Of a DNA stretch of 64,000 nucleotides, positions 24,410-33,988 are shown piece by piece. Origin of the DNA: Limnochordia bacterium (GTDB lineage Bacteria > Bacillota > Limnochordia > DTU080); contig JBMNJG010000007.1 in the NCBI GenBank assembly GCA_050951545.1, positions 192,001 to 256,000 on the forward strand, written 5' to 3'. The first letter of the stretch is position 1, and every line of letters starts with the position of its first letter. The position numbers and the translations under genes are program-made. The notes below the pieces were generated by a model. It had not been told where the DNA came from. It worked only from the letters and a program-made list of their open reading frames with translations, and did not search any database.

Positions 24410-25654
24410 ATGTCTGTACAGGACCTAACGCAGCTGAAGACGCAGGTTGAACGGGCCGTTGCCGAGGCCAAGATTACTGACATTCATACGCACTTGTTTA
24501 CTCCAGCCTTTGGTGACTTGCTTCTCTGGGGCTTTGACGAGCTGGTCAATTACCACTACCTCGTCGCGGAGACTTTGCGCGTTGCTGATATATCCTATGA
24601 GAAGTTCTGGGCGCTAAGCGGCGAGCAGCGAGCTAATCTCATCTGGCAGACGCTTTTCATCGACAACTCGCCGTACAGCGAGGCGTGTCGCGGGGTGCTG
24701 ACCGTACTCGATAAGCTTGGCCTCGACGTGGCTGGGCGTGACGTCACCTCCTACAGAAAGTACTTTCGCAGCCTGACAGTGCAGGAGTACATAGATAAGG
24801 CCTTCGCTGTGGCGAAAATAGACTCTGTAGTCATGACTAACGACCCGTTTGATGCGCAGGAACACAAGGTGTGGATGCAGGGCTTTGAGTCGGATCCTCG
24901 CTTTAAGGCGGCTCTGCGGCTAGACCCGTTGCTGGTGTTCTGGGAGAAGAGCTGTGGCGATCTGCAGAACTGGGGTTACGATGTGGACCAGGCACTATCA
25001 GCGCGAGCTTTGCAGGAGATCCGCCGCTTCCTGGCCGATTGGATCAAACGCATGAATCCAGTGTACATGGCAGTCTCTTTTCCCTCTAGTTTCCGCTATC
25101 CTGAGGAGAGCGCGTGTGCCAGGATCATTGAGGAGTGTGTACTGCCTGTCTCCAGGGAGTATAATGTGCCTTTCGCATTGATGATCGGCGTGAAGCGCCA
25201 GGTCAACCCCGGACTACGTCTGGCAGGCGATGGACTGGGCAAGGCTGACATCGGAGCTGTGGAGTATCTGTGCGCCAACTATCCTGATAACAAGTTCCTG
25301 TGCACGATGCTGTCGCGGGAGAATCAGCACGAGCTGGCCGTGAACGCCCGTAAGTTCGGCAACCTTCTCATCTTTGGGTGCTGGTGGTTCCTCAACAACC
25401 CCAGCCTGATCGAGGAGATCACGCGGTTGCGTTTCGAGCTGTTGGGTGTGAGCGTGATTCCCCAGCATTCGGACGCTCGGGTTCTTGACCAGGTCATCTA
25501 CAAGTGGGCTCACTCGCGTGAGATCATAGCCAAAGTGTTGGTAGATAAGTACTCCGACCTGGCACGCACTGGCTGGCAGGTTACCGAGGCTGAGATTCAG
25601 CGTGACGTGGCGAAGCTCTTTGGCGGCAATTTCTGGTCGTTCTTGGAGAAGTAA
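24410..25654 (+). CDS. uxaC: Glucuronate (uronate) isomerase, divergent Bacillus halodurans-type
   Basis: DIHTHLF, YHYLVAE, SEACRG, MTNDPF, FGCWWFLN, QHSDARVLDQ. Confidence 0.88.
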   Translation: MSVQDLTQLKTQVERAVAEAKITDIHTHLFTPAFGDLLLWGFDELVNYHYLVAETLRVADISYEKFWALSGEQRANLIWQTLFIDNSPYSEACRGVLTVLDKLGLDVAGRDVTSYRKYFRSLTVQEYIDKAFAVAKIDSVVMTNDPFDAQEHKVWMQGFESDPRFKAALRLDPLLVFWEKSCGDLQNWGYDVDQALSARALQEIRRFLADWIKRMNPVYMAVSFPSSFRYPEESACARIIEECVLPVSREYNVPFALMIGVKRQVNPGLRLAGDGLGKADIGAVEYLCANYPDNKFLCTMLSRENQHELAVNARKFGNLLIFGCWWFLNNPSLIEEITRLRFELLGVSVIPQHSDARVLDQVIYKWAHSREIIAKVLVDKYSDLARTGWQVTEAEIQRDVAKLFGGNFWSFLEK

Positions 25655-25677
25655 ATCGCACCACGAGTGTACCGAGG

Positions 25678-25705
25678 GCGGCTCCGGGGAGTTCCCCGGG
25701 GCCGC
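25678..25705. terminator. GC-rich hairpin between convergent genes
   Basis: GCGGCTCCGGGGA-GT-TCCCCGGGGCCGC. Confidence 0.55.
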
Positions 25706-25719
25706 GCAGTCGCTGCATT

Positions 25720-26029
25720 CTAGTTCTCGCGCAATACCTCGAGCCGGGCTATGCGGCTGCTCAACTCTTCAATATGGGCTTCGACGCCCTCTTGGTATTC
25801 GGTGAGGCTTGACTGTTGGCGGAGGCGTGCTCGGAGTAACTCGCCACCAACCAGCTCAGCAAGCTGTTCGAATCTGTCCATTAGGTGTTCGGTCGAGGCG
25901 CGCAAGGATGGAACGCAACAGCTCCTCGACCAGGGTATAGGAGCTTCGGATCTCGGCAACATGGCGAACCATTTCCGTCGTCTGGTTGCTAAGCTGCTCA
26001 AGCAGGACTCTGCTGTCTGAATCTTGCAC
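25720..26029 (-). pseudogene. Small coiled-coil hypothetical protein (~102 aa) split by a +1 frameshift near 25891
   Basis: GTG 26029 after a purine-rich RBS gives MQDSDSRVLLEQ...RSILARLD; removing one C continues EHLMDRFEQLAELV...IARLEVLREN*. Confidence 0.55.
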
Positions 26030-26188
26030 CAGCTACACCCCTTTCCCCCTTCAGCATGGCGAGGGTAGGTTTCGGGGAGGAAACGGCGTAATCCTGCCTA
26101 GGCATTAGTAGGCATCAAGGAATATGGATGGATCTTGTCGTAGTTATTCCTGAGCTCAGGGGGGTACTTTTCGGGGGTGTGGGACACG

Positions 26189-26845
26189 ATGTCGGAGACG
26201 CTGCCTTCTGTTGGTCTAATCTTTGACCTCGATAACACCTTGGTGGCCTCACGCATAGACTTTGCAGGCATGCGCACTGTTGTACTGGAGATGCTGAAAG
26301 AGGCAGGCTTGACAATCTCAGAGGAGCAACGGCGCTGGCCTGTGGGCAGGCTTGCAGAGATGGCTCGCGAGCCAGGCGGCCCTGAGGATGAAGACCTATT
26401 CAAGCGAATTTGGCAGATCATAGACCGCTATGAGGTAGAAGGGATGAAAAGAGCCACCCTCGAGGAAGGAGCGCATCAGGTGACGCGCGCTCTGCGGAGG
26501 CAAGGGTACCCGTTAGCAATTGTGACCAACAACTCCCGAGCCTCGGCTCTGGCCGCCCTACGCGATTTCGACTTAATGGATCCGTTTGAAGTGGTCTTGG
26601 CGCGCGAGGATGTGCCACGCCTCAAACCCGCGCCCGACGGGCTTTTGGCTGCGAAACAGCATTTGGGGATGCCTAGACGAGTCGTAATGATAGGTGATGC
26701 GTGGTTGGACGGTGTGGCAGCGCATGCCGCAGGTGCTCTATTCGTGGCCGTGGGTTCCTTTCGGCAAGGCTCTACCCCTTGCCCTGTGTGGGCTCAGATC
26801 ACCAAGCTATCTGAGCTGCTTATGCTAAACTGGCAGAATGCATGA
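26189..26845 (+). CDS. HAD-family phosphatase (phosphoglycolate phosphatase-like)
   Basis: IFDLDNTL, AIVTNN, KPAPDG, MIGDAWLD. Confidence 0.9.
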   Translation: MSETLPSVGLIFDLDNTLVASRIDFAGMRTVVLEMLKEAGLTISEEQRRWPVGRLAEMAREPGGPEDEDLFKRIWQIIDRYEVEGMKRATLEEGAHQVTRALRRQGYPLAIVTNNSRASALAALRDFDLMDPFEVVLAREDVPRLKPAPDGLLAAKQHLGMPRRVVMIGDAWLDGVAAHAAGALFVAVGSFRQGSTPCPVWAQITKLSELLMLNWQNA

Positions 26846-26859
26846 AAGAGGGACGACCT

Positions 26860-27534
26860 ATGGCACGAAAGAGCTATGCAATAGTGGGCACGGGTCAGTT
26901 TGGCAACTACCTAGCCAGAACGCTTGCCGAGCACGGGCAGGACGTACTAGTGCTTGATGATGAGCGCGCCAGGCTTCAGCCTGTTGAGGATGTCGTTAGT
27001 CGGGTTGTGCTGGGCAACATTGCTGATGAGGCAGTCTTGCAGGAGGTAGGCATTCGCAACTTCGATGTTGTTGTGGTTGCCAGCACGCACCAGATCGAGA
27101 AGAGTTTGATGGCGGTTACGCTCTGCAAGGAGCTGGGATGTCCGTTTGTCATCGCTAAGGCTGCTAGCGCTCTGCATGCGAAGATGCTCCAGCGCTTGGG
27201 GGTAGACCGGGTCATCCAGCCTGACCTCGACATGGCTCGTCGCCTCGGACGCTCGCTGCTTTCCCGCAGTTTGCTGGATTTCATCGCTGTGACGGAGGAG
27301 TTCAGCATCATTGAGCTACCTGTGAGTCGAGGGCTGGTTGGAAAGACGCTTGCCGAGCTGAAACTGCGGGAGCGTTTCTCTATTAACGTTGCTCTTATCC
27401 AATCACACTCAGGGAGGATTAGCGTACCCGAAGCGCACTTCCAGCTGCGTGATGACGACGTTCTGATTGTTCTGGGTCGAGACTCTGATCTGCAGAACTT
27501 CGAGGAAATCCTCGGCCGGGAAGATGCGCGATGA
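26860..27534 (+). CDS. ktrA: Ktr/Trk potassium uptake RCK regulatory subunit
   Basis: IVGTGQFG Rossmann motif, EVGIRNFDVVVV, KELG, C-terminal GKTLAELKLR RCK_C domain. Confidence 0.9.
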   Translation: MARKSYAIVGTGQFGNYLARTLAEHGQDVLVLDDERARLQPVEDVVSRVVLGNIADEAVLQEVGIRNFDVVVVASTHQIEKSLMAVTLCKELGCPFVIAKAASALHAKMLQRLGVDRVIQPDLDMARRLGRSLLSRSLLDFIAVTEEFSIIELPVSRGLVGKTLAELKLRERFSINVALIQSHSGRISVPEAHFQLRDDDVLIVLGRDSDLQNFEEILGREDAR

Positions 27535-28856
27535 CGCGATCGTTTTCCGCTCCCCAAATCATCGTCTTGGGGTTCGCCAGTGTTATTGCGTTAGGGGCCT
27601 TTCTCCTGGCGTTGCCGATAGCTCACGCTGCTGGCGGCTGGATGAGCCCCATTGACGCTCTGTTCACAGCGACGAGTGCGGTATGCGTTACTGGGCTCGT
27701 TGTCGTGGATACGGGCACCTTCTTCAGTCTGTTTGGTCAGATGGTCATTCTTGTTCTGATCCAGATCGGTGGATTGGGCATTGTGACAGTAGCGTCACTT
27801 TTTCTGGTCGGGTTGGGGCGGCAAGTAGCGTATTCGCAGAGGGCGCTTATTACCGAGAGTCTGAACCTGTCCACCACTGGTGGAGTGATCAGACTGCTGC
27901 TAGGGGTTCTCAAGCTGACGCTGGCCATTGAGGCGACTGGGGCGATCGCGCTCACTCTTACCTGGTACAAAAGCTTGGGTCGGGCCAAGGCGACGTACTT
28001 TGGTGTGTTTCATGCCGTGAGCGCCTTCTGCAATGCCGGATTTGATCTTTTTGGGGAGTACCGGAGTCTTACTGGTTTTGTGGGTAGCGTACCAGTGAAT
28101 CTGGTTATCACGGGGCTGATCATAGCCGGGGGACTGGGGTTTCCCGTGTTGCTCGATGTTGGGGCTCGTCTGCGTGGCACTCATCGACGCTTGCAGCTAC
28201 ACTCGAAGGTGGTCCTTTTCACCACTGCGCTGCTCATCGTGTTTGCTTTCGGGGCGTTTTATCTCTCGGAGTATAACGGCGTACTGCAGGGGCTGACCCT
28301 TAAGGAAAAACTGCTGGGCACGTATTTCCAGGCCATAACGCCGCGTACGGCTGGCTTTAGCACGCTCGGCATCGGCGGTCTGAAGACTGGTACGATTCTC
28401 ATGTTCATATTTCTCATGTTTGTGGGGGCCTCATCCGCATCAACCGGCGGCGGGATAAAAACGACCACGTTTGCCTCTCTTCTGCTTGCCACGTGGTCAG
28501 TGGTGAGAGGGGAGGATGAGGTACGCTTTGGCTCCAGAAGCATTGATAAGAGCGTGGTGTTAAAAAGCCTGGCTCTGGTCGTGTTGGCTATGGCTCTGGT
28601 GTACACAGTGACGACCCTGGTCAGCATCGTCGAGCCTTTTGCCTACGAGGATGTTTTCTTTGAGGTGACTTCGGCCTTCGGCACAGTCGGGCTTAGCACG
28701 GGAATCACGCCCTACCTGAGCCCCTTCTCCAGGGTGTTGCTTATTCTCACCATGTATGTTGGTCGTGTGGGGCCGCTTACTCTTATGTTGGCCATCGCGG
28801 CCGGGCACAAACCGCAAATATCGCGCCTTCCTGAGGGACGGATTTATGTGGGGTAA
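27531..28856 (+). CDS. ktrB: Ktr/TrkH potassium uptake membrane subunit
   Basis: ATSAVCVTGL, SAFCNAGF, PRTAGF, STGGGIK, SAFGTVGLS. Confidence 0.93.
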   Translation: MTRSFSAPQIIVLGFASVIALGAFLLALPIAHAAGGWMSPIDALFTATSAVCVTGLVVVDTGTFFSLFGQMVILVLIQIGGLGIVTVASLFLVGLGRQVAYSQRALITESLNLSTTGGVIRLLLGVLKLTLAIEATGAIALTLTWYKSLGRAKATYFGVFHAVSAFCNAGFDLFGEYRSLTGFVGSVPVNLVITGLIIAGGLGFPVLLDVGARLRGTHRRLQLHSKVVLFTTALLIVFAFGAFYLSEYNGVLQGLTLKEKLLGTYFQAITPRTAGFSTLGIGGLKTGTILMFIFLMFVGASSASTGGGIKTTTFASLLLATWSVVRGEDEVRFGSRSIDKSVVLKSLALVVLAMALVYTVTTLVSIVEPFAYEDVFFEVTSAFGTVGLSTGITPYLSPFSRVLLILTMYVGRVGPLTLMLAIAAGHKPQISRLPEGRIYVG

Positions 28857-28863
28857 CAAGAAA

Positions 28864-29625
28864 ATGGGATCGGTAGCAAGTGTGATACAAGGACTCAATC
28901 AAAGAGGGGGCCGCATGCTTACCGCGGCTGATCTGCTAGCAGCGGGCACGGTGGACGTGGAGCTTATGGCCTATTTCATGTGGTCCATGCGACGAGGCGC
29001 TTCACTGATCGTTTGTGCGGGGCCGGGCGGCACTGGAAAGACTACACTCTTGGGCGCCTTGCTCTGTTTTTTGCCAGCGGATGTAGAGTTGAGGGTGGTG
29101 CAGGGATGCCACCAATACCACGATACTGGCGTGTGTTACCTCTGCCATGAGTTAGGAAGCGGCTACTTCTCCTATCTGTGGGGTGCCGAAGCTCGGGCAC
29201 TACTGGAGACAGCCAAGCATCAGGACAGGCGATACTGTGCAACTACGGCTCACGCGGATTCGCTCGACGAGTTGCGAGAGCTAATGGTGGATTCAGAGAT
29301 CGCTCTCTCTGTAGAGGCCCTGGCCCATATTGACCTGGTCGTCTTTATGGGTCGGATGGGTAGGCGTGCGCTGCGCCGGGTTACCCATGTGTACGTTGGC
29401 ACGGGTGATCCGCGGCGGTCACATACGCATGTTTGCCAGTGGGACGCGCAGACAGACCGTTTTGTCTGGCGTCTGCCTCGTGGTGAAGGCTGGGATGCGA
29501 CCTCTCCACTACATGGTGAATTGGGGGTCTACAGAGCGTTTCTAGGTGACTTGTGCCAGCAACAGATTCTTCAGGTGGCGGATGTCAGACGGGCGGTATT
29601 GGATTTCTATCGCCACGTCAAATGA
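28864..29625 (+). CDS. Stand-alone P-loop ATPase resembling the VirB11/CpaF secretion-ATPase motor domain
   Basis: LTAADLLAAGTVD, GPGGTGKTTLL (Walker A), YLCHE (Walker B-like), TTAHA (His box), RRVTHV. Confidence 0.7.
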   Translation: MGSVASVIQGLNQRGGRMLTAADLLAAGTVDVELMAYFMWSMRRGASLIVCAGPGGTGKTTLLGALLCFLPADVELRVVQGCHQYHDTGVCYLCHELGSGYFSYLWGAEARALLETAKHQDRRYCATTAHADSLDELRELMVDSEIALSVEALAHIDLVVFMGRMGRRALRRVTHVYVGTGDPRRSHTHVCQWDAQTDRFVWRLPRGEGWDATSPLHGELGVYRAFLGDLCQQQILQVADVRRAVLDFYRHVK

Positions 29626-29653
29626 GAAGAGGCCTCTCCGAGAGGCCCCTTCT
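29625..29653. terminator. Bidirectional terminator-like hairpin
   Basis: AGAAGAGGCCTCT-CCG-AGAGGCCCCTTCT between convergent genes. Confidence 0.6.
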
Positions 29654-29669
29654 GCTGGTCTCTGGTCGC

Positions 29670-30545
29670 TTATTCAGCTGCAAGGATGGTATCGAGGGCT
29701 CGGGAGGTGTCGAAGATCAGCTGGTCCGGGCTCCCCGGATACGGGCTCACCTCTGCCGTAACTGGTCCGCTATAGCCGATTTCCCGCAAGGCTTCTATCG
29801 CACGCTTCCATGGCACGTCCCCCTGAAGGAGAGGCACAAAGCCGCGGATGTTGCCGATGTCGTAACGAAAGTCCTTGACGTGGATCTTGCGAATGCGCTC
29901 TCCTAGTTCAAGGATCCACTGCTCCGGATAGCCACTGATAAGCACATTCCCCACGTCAAAGTAGGCACCGACCCAGTCAGAATTGACCTCATCCACAAAG
30001 TGCGCAAACTCGAGCGGACTAAGTAGGAACTTGTTCCATACGTTCTCGATGCCAATATGTACTCGTCGCTTGGCTGCTTCACCAGCCAAGTCTCGGAGCA
30101 CAGCGAGAGAGCGATCCCAAGCCTGTCGATAGCTGGTGGTGGCGTCCACGACTCCCGGTACGACCAAGACAGTATCTGCCCCCACCGTGGCAGCTAGCTC
30201 CAGCATCTTGACCACGATGCTGGCTCCCTTGTCGCGGATTTCCTTATCTGAACTTGTGAGCGGGTATTGCCAGTGGAGGCCTGTGGATAGGCTGGGCAAC
30301 TCCAGGCCTGCATTTCGCGCTTGCTGCGCGATCTCTTGAGCAGTAGCTGCTGCGGTCTCAGTAGTCAGTCCGGCCGAATCACTTAGTCCAAGCGATTCGA
30401 TGATCGTTCCTCCGGTACCTTTGGCAGAGGGAGGCTCACCTACATTGAGCTCCAACGTCGCGAATCCGGCCTCCTGAGCCAGGCTGATGCACTCGGCTAC
30501 ACTAAAGCTGCCGGGGAAGCACCATTGATTTATCCCTTTCTGCAC
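29670..30545 (-). CDS. Sugar phosphate isomerase/epimerase (xylose isomerase-like TIM barrel)
   Basis: IENVWNKFLLSP, YFDVGN, IHVKDF, GDVPW, GPVTAE. Confidence 0.9.
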   Translation of the reverse strand: MQKGINQWCFPGSFSVAECISLAQEAGFATLELNVGEPPSAKGTGGTIIESLGLSDSAGLTTETAAATAQEIAQQARNAGLELPSLSTGLHWQYPLTSSDKEIRDKGASIVVKMLELAATVGADTVLVVPGVVDATTSYRQAWDRSLAVLRDLAGEAAKRRVHIGIENVWNKFLLSPLEFAHFVDEVNSDWVGAYFDVGNVLISGYPEQWILELGERIRKIHVKDFRYDIGNIRGFVPLLQGDVPWKRAIEALREIGYSGPVTAEVSPYPGSPDQLIFDTSRALDTILAAE

Positions 30546-30720
30546 GTGAAACACCTCCTACAACCAAGGATAGCCAAACCTGGATGAATGCACAATCCCC
30601 AAACACGGCCCGAAAGGACACAGGAGGATATTTCCCCCTGGTGTTCCAGGAATATCGTGTACAGTGACGTATGTATGCTCTGGCACATAGCGGACATGCA
30701 TGGAGGGGGGGTCTCATATC

Positions 30721-32091
30721 ATGTGGGCTCGGCACAGGTTTCGTTGGAGTTGGCTTATCATTGTCTTGTTACTCATACCCGCCTCGGTTCAGGCCAGTCG
30801 GGTGCGTGTTGGGGTGTTCGAGTTTGGCGGTGTGGGCGGGTATGATGAAAAACAGACCGCCTCAAGTCTCTTGGCCAAGGCACTGGTCGACTTGGGTCGT
30901 TTCGATGTGATCGAGCGACAGAGGCTCGATCACATCATGCGCGAGCAAAGATTCCAGCAGTCCTATCCGGTGGACCAGTTCACAGCGGTAGAGATGGGCA
31001 AGGTTGCGGGCATCGCGGCGGCCTTCATCGGCCAGATCGACAGTCTCGATGCGAAGTGGAATCGGGTATCGGATGGGCCAGGGTTCTACCTTGCCACGGC
31101 CAATCTGAGCATCAAGATCATTGATGTGCGCTCAGGGCAACTGATGAAGGTGTTGACCGTCATGGGTACTGGGACCGGAGATCGGAGGGATGAAGCGCAC
31201 GTTTCTGCCCTGCAGGCCTGTTTTCGGACCAACTTGGTGGATCAGCTGAAACGTGTCTTTTCATTGGAGAGTCGAGTCTCGCGGGTCGAGGGCGATGATG
31301 TCTATCTGCCTTTGGGCCGCGATTCCGGAATCAAGCCCCTGCAACGTTTCGTCCTCTTGCGAGCGGAGGGTGGAAGCGACTGGAGTGTGGATTTCGATGA
31401 AGGATTCATGGAGGAAGTCGGCCTCGTACAGATCAAGAGTGTAAGCGGTTCTACAGCTCGTGGCCGCGTGATCTGGTCGCATAGGCCACCGCGAGTCGGT
31501 GACATTTTGGTGGAGGAGAGCCGTTCGAGAAACTTCACGGTGGGGGTATCCTTGCAGGGTACAGGGTTGCGTCTGACTGGTTCTTCAGTACCCGCGGTGG
31601 AAGAGACGGTCGCGACGTTAGTCTGGCGATTGGGCCAGGAGTTGCCCTTTCACCACGAAACCGGAGTAGAGGTGCTGGTGGCGTCGTCCCTTGCTGGAGT
31701 GGGGTGGGGTGGGTTTGGTCTCTACGGCTCCCTCGAGAGGCCTCTTGTTCGGGGATTCCTCAACGCCACCATGCAAGGTGCAGTTGGGGCAGCGATCGCG
31801 ACACAGTACTACTCAGGTTATCCGGGGGCCCCGTGGACGATTCCCTCAGCGGGCACAGCTACCGGAGCTCACCTCTATCTGAGGGGCGATGCCGGACTCA
31901 AGCTGTATATGGGGCGAAAACGAGGCCTGCGCATGGAACTGGGGACCTCCTTGCTGGCCACCCCCCCAATCAGAAGGTGGACAGCCAAAGGAGACAGCGA
32001 TACTCGGTACGACGTAACGAAATATGTGAACTACGCTGAGTTGCACGCAGGGAGCTTGTCTGTGCGGGCTGGGGTTGCTGCTGCGTTCTAA
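30721..32091 (+). CDS. Secreted CsgG/FlgT-like protein with probable C-terminal beta-barrel
   Basis: Signal peptide (VQA cleavage), GRFDVIERQRLDHIMREQ CsgG-like motif, VYLPLGRDSGIK FlgT-C-like motif, amphipathic strands ending VRAGVAAAF. Confidence 0.7.
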   Translation: MWARHRFRWSWLIIVLLLIPASVQASRVRVGVFEFGGVGGYDEKQTASSLLAKALVDLGRFDVIERQRLDHIMREQRFQQSYPVDQFTAVEMGKVAGIAAAFIGQIDSLDAKWNRVSDGPGFYLATANLSIKIIDVRSGQLMKVLTVMGTGTGDRRDEAHVSALQACFRTNLVDQLKRVFSLESRVSRVEGDDVYLPLGRDSGIKPLQRFVLLRAEGGSDWSVDFDEGFMEEVGLVQIKSVSGSTARGRVIWSHRPPRVGDILVEESRSRNFTVGVSLQGTGLRLTGSSVPAVEETVATLVWRLGQELPFHHETGVEVLVASSLAGVGWGGFGLYGSLERPLVRGFLNATMQGAVGAAIATQYYSGYPGAPWTIPSAGTATGAHLYLRGDAGLKLYMGRKRGLRMELGTSLLATPPIRRWTAKGDSDTRYDVTKYVNYAELHAGSLSVRAGVAAAF

Positions 32092-32110
32092 CTGTGGTTC
32101 GCACAATGGA

Positions 32111-32686
32111 TCAGCCAGTCTTTTGGCGAATAGCCCGCACCTCCTGTAGCAGGGCGGCGAGCAGTTTGGTGACCTCGGCAGATGAGCTTGACTCGTCGTC
32201 ACCTAGTCCGGTGGGATCGCTGCGCTGTGCATGCACCAGTGCCAACACGCGATCTCTGACCAGTTCTGGCTCAGTCACGTTAGCAAAGGACAGCTCGGCT
32301 GTGCTCTGGCCTGTTGCTGCGGTGTAGATGCGTACGCTACCGAGTCCGTAGCGGCGCTGCCAGGGGCCTTGCATGACGTTGACCATCTGCACCCTGCTGA
32401 TGGGGAGCCGAGAGCGACGTTTCCACAGAGTGCCCCCTTCAGCGTACAGCCACTCGTCGTCGATGCGATAGGTAACGCTCTCATAGTAGCGGGGTATCCA
32501 GATCACGAGCACAACGATAGCAATCAAAGTAGCTAGATGAACGACTACACTGGGGGTGGGTGTACTGCTTGTGGCGATTGTCAAAGGTATGCTCCAGGAC
32601 AGTACACCGAAAAGGATCACCCAGAAAGCTATCGCAGAGAGAAACTTCTTCATTGCTGGATGCGGCCTGAATTCCACAGGTGTCAC
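32111..32686 (-). CDS. Bacterial PH-domain membrane protein (YdbS-like)
   Basis: Two TM helices, then YRID...GGTLWKR...LPISRVQMV...QGPWQRRYGLGSVRIYTAA. Confidence 0.85.
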   Translation of the reverse strand: MTPVEFRPHPAMKKFLSAIAFWVILFGVLSWSIPLTIATSSTPTPSVVVHLATLIAIVVLVIWIPRYYESVTYRIDDEWLYAEGGTLWKRRSRLPISRVQMVNVMQGPWQRRYGLGSVRIYTAATGQSTAELSFANVTEPELVRDRVLALVHAQRSDPTGLGDDESSSSAEVTKLLAALLQEVRAIRQKTG

Positions 32687-32698
32687 CTCCTGATGTCA

Positions 32699-33745
32699 CT
32701 ACAGTTGGCTTTCGCTGATACCGGGGATCAGTCTCGCAGCATTCGACCAGTACACTTTGCGCAGAACCTCGTCGGGCAAATGGATGCCAGAGATGTGCCA
32801 GAACCCTTGGCCAGGATAGCCGTGGTACTCAAAACACTCGTCATCGGTTTCTAAGAAGCGGAAGTAGTTGCGATAGGCTTGCGTGCTAGGTGTGCCGTCC
32901 AGACCGAACACGATACGGTCCTGATGCTCCAAGAAAAACTGCCGTGTTCGGCGTGGCTGGCGACCCAATTCTGCCTGACGGGCCGAGAAATCGACGTAGT
33001 AGTTTGGGTAGCGTTCCAGTGCCTGGCTGGCCCTCGTCAGGTCTTCCGATTCGCTACCGATGTGGGCACCGATGAAATTGGTGTTTGGGAAAGCAGCGAC
33101 AATGGCGTCGCGCTCGGTAAGCAGCTGCTGCAAAGGGGGGAAACCCGCGCCGTAGAAGTGCCAGTCGGGATGGCGGTTCAGCTCCCGGTAGCGCTCGTTT
33201 CGGGCATCAAGCGGTTCAAAGAACGCAAAGGGATCAGCTACGTGGATCAGCACAGGTATCCCGAGCTCCCCTGCCGCTTGCCAGATGGGAAAGAAGCGAG
33301 GGTCATTCACGTGCAGAAGCTGGCCTTCTGCGTCTCGTAGATTGAGCCCCAAAGACTTGAAGATTTTGAGGCCTTGCACGCCTGCTTGCACGGCATTCTC
33401 AAGTGCCAGAGCTTCTCGCTCTCCGAAGTCGGGTTCGTTGACTCGCAAGAAGTCGGGAACATAAAAGACAGCGAAACGCTCTGGGTGCTGGCCTTTGAGG
33501 AGATCAAGGCGCCGTTTCAGTCGCTCGCCATGCATTCCCGAGAGATCTACAAAGACGCGTACGTGGCAGTCGTCCATGGCCCGCAACAGACGATCTACGT
33601 TCCAGGAGTCACGAAAGTGATTATGAGCATCAACCACTGGGTAGCGGGCCCTTTGGATGTCTGTCTGCCGAAGTCGTACCATCGCCTGCGGGACGTAGCT
33701 GTCGATGGTCACTTGGGTAGACTGTGGACCTTCATCTCTCCTCAC
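32699..33745 (-). CDS. Amidohydrolase family protein (Amidohydro_2)
   Basis: VVDAHNH, GLKIFK, VLIHVADP, FIGAH, ELGRQP. Confidence 0.88.
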   Translation of the reverse strand: MRRDEGPQSTQVTIDSYVPQAMVRLRQTDIQRARYPVVDAHNHFRDSWNVDRLLRAMDDCHVRVFVDLSGMHGERLKRRLDLLKGQHPERFAVFYVPDFLRVNEPDFGEREALALENAVQAGVQGLKIFKSLGLNLRDAEGQLLHVNDPRFFPIWQAAGELGIPVLIHVADPFAFFEPLDARNERYRELNRHPDWHFYGAGFPPLQQLLTERDAIVAAFPNTNFIGAHIGSESEDLTRASQALERYPNYYVDFSARQAELGRQPRRTRQFFLEHQDRIVFGLDGTPSTQAYRNYFRFLETDDECFEYHGYPGQGFWHISGIHLPDEVLRKVYWSNAARLIPGISESQL

Positions 33746-33792
33746 AGGGAACGCTCCTTTCGTATGTCAGCTTTGTGTCACATGGAGATGGA

Positions 33793-33817
33793 GTTCCCAT
33801 CACGAGCAGAAAAACCT
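33793..33817 (-). promoter_or_regulatory. SigH-like promoter
   Basis: Minus strand GAAGGT-N17-GAAC. Confidence 0.4.
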
Positions 33818-33988
33818 TCTAAAGAGTCGTATCATGATGCATAGGCAAGACCACATGACCTCAGGCAGGCATATGGCGGCCCGAGAGAGAACAAGTTCGC
33901 GAAACAGACTGGTTGCGGTGCAGGCATGTCGGCGGTCAACCGCATCGCCGAATGACAACATAACTCGGTTATCTAGGGGAGCAGATCA

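Noticed and set aside
26030-26188. Possible c-di-AMP (ydaO) riboswitch upstream of the ktrAB-containing operon
   Set aside because: No recognisable conserved ydaO elements by eye; an Infernal/Rfam scan would be decisive.
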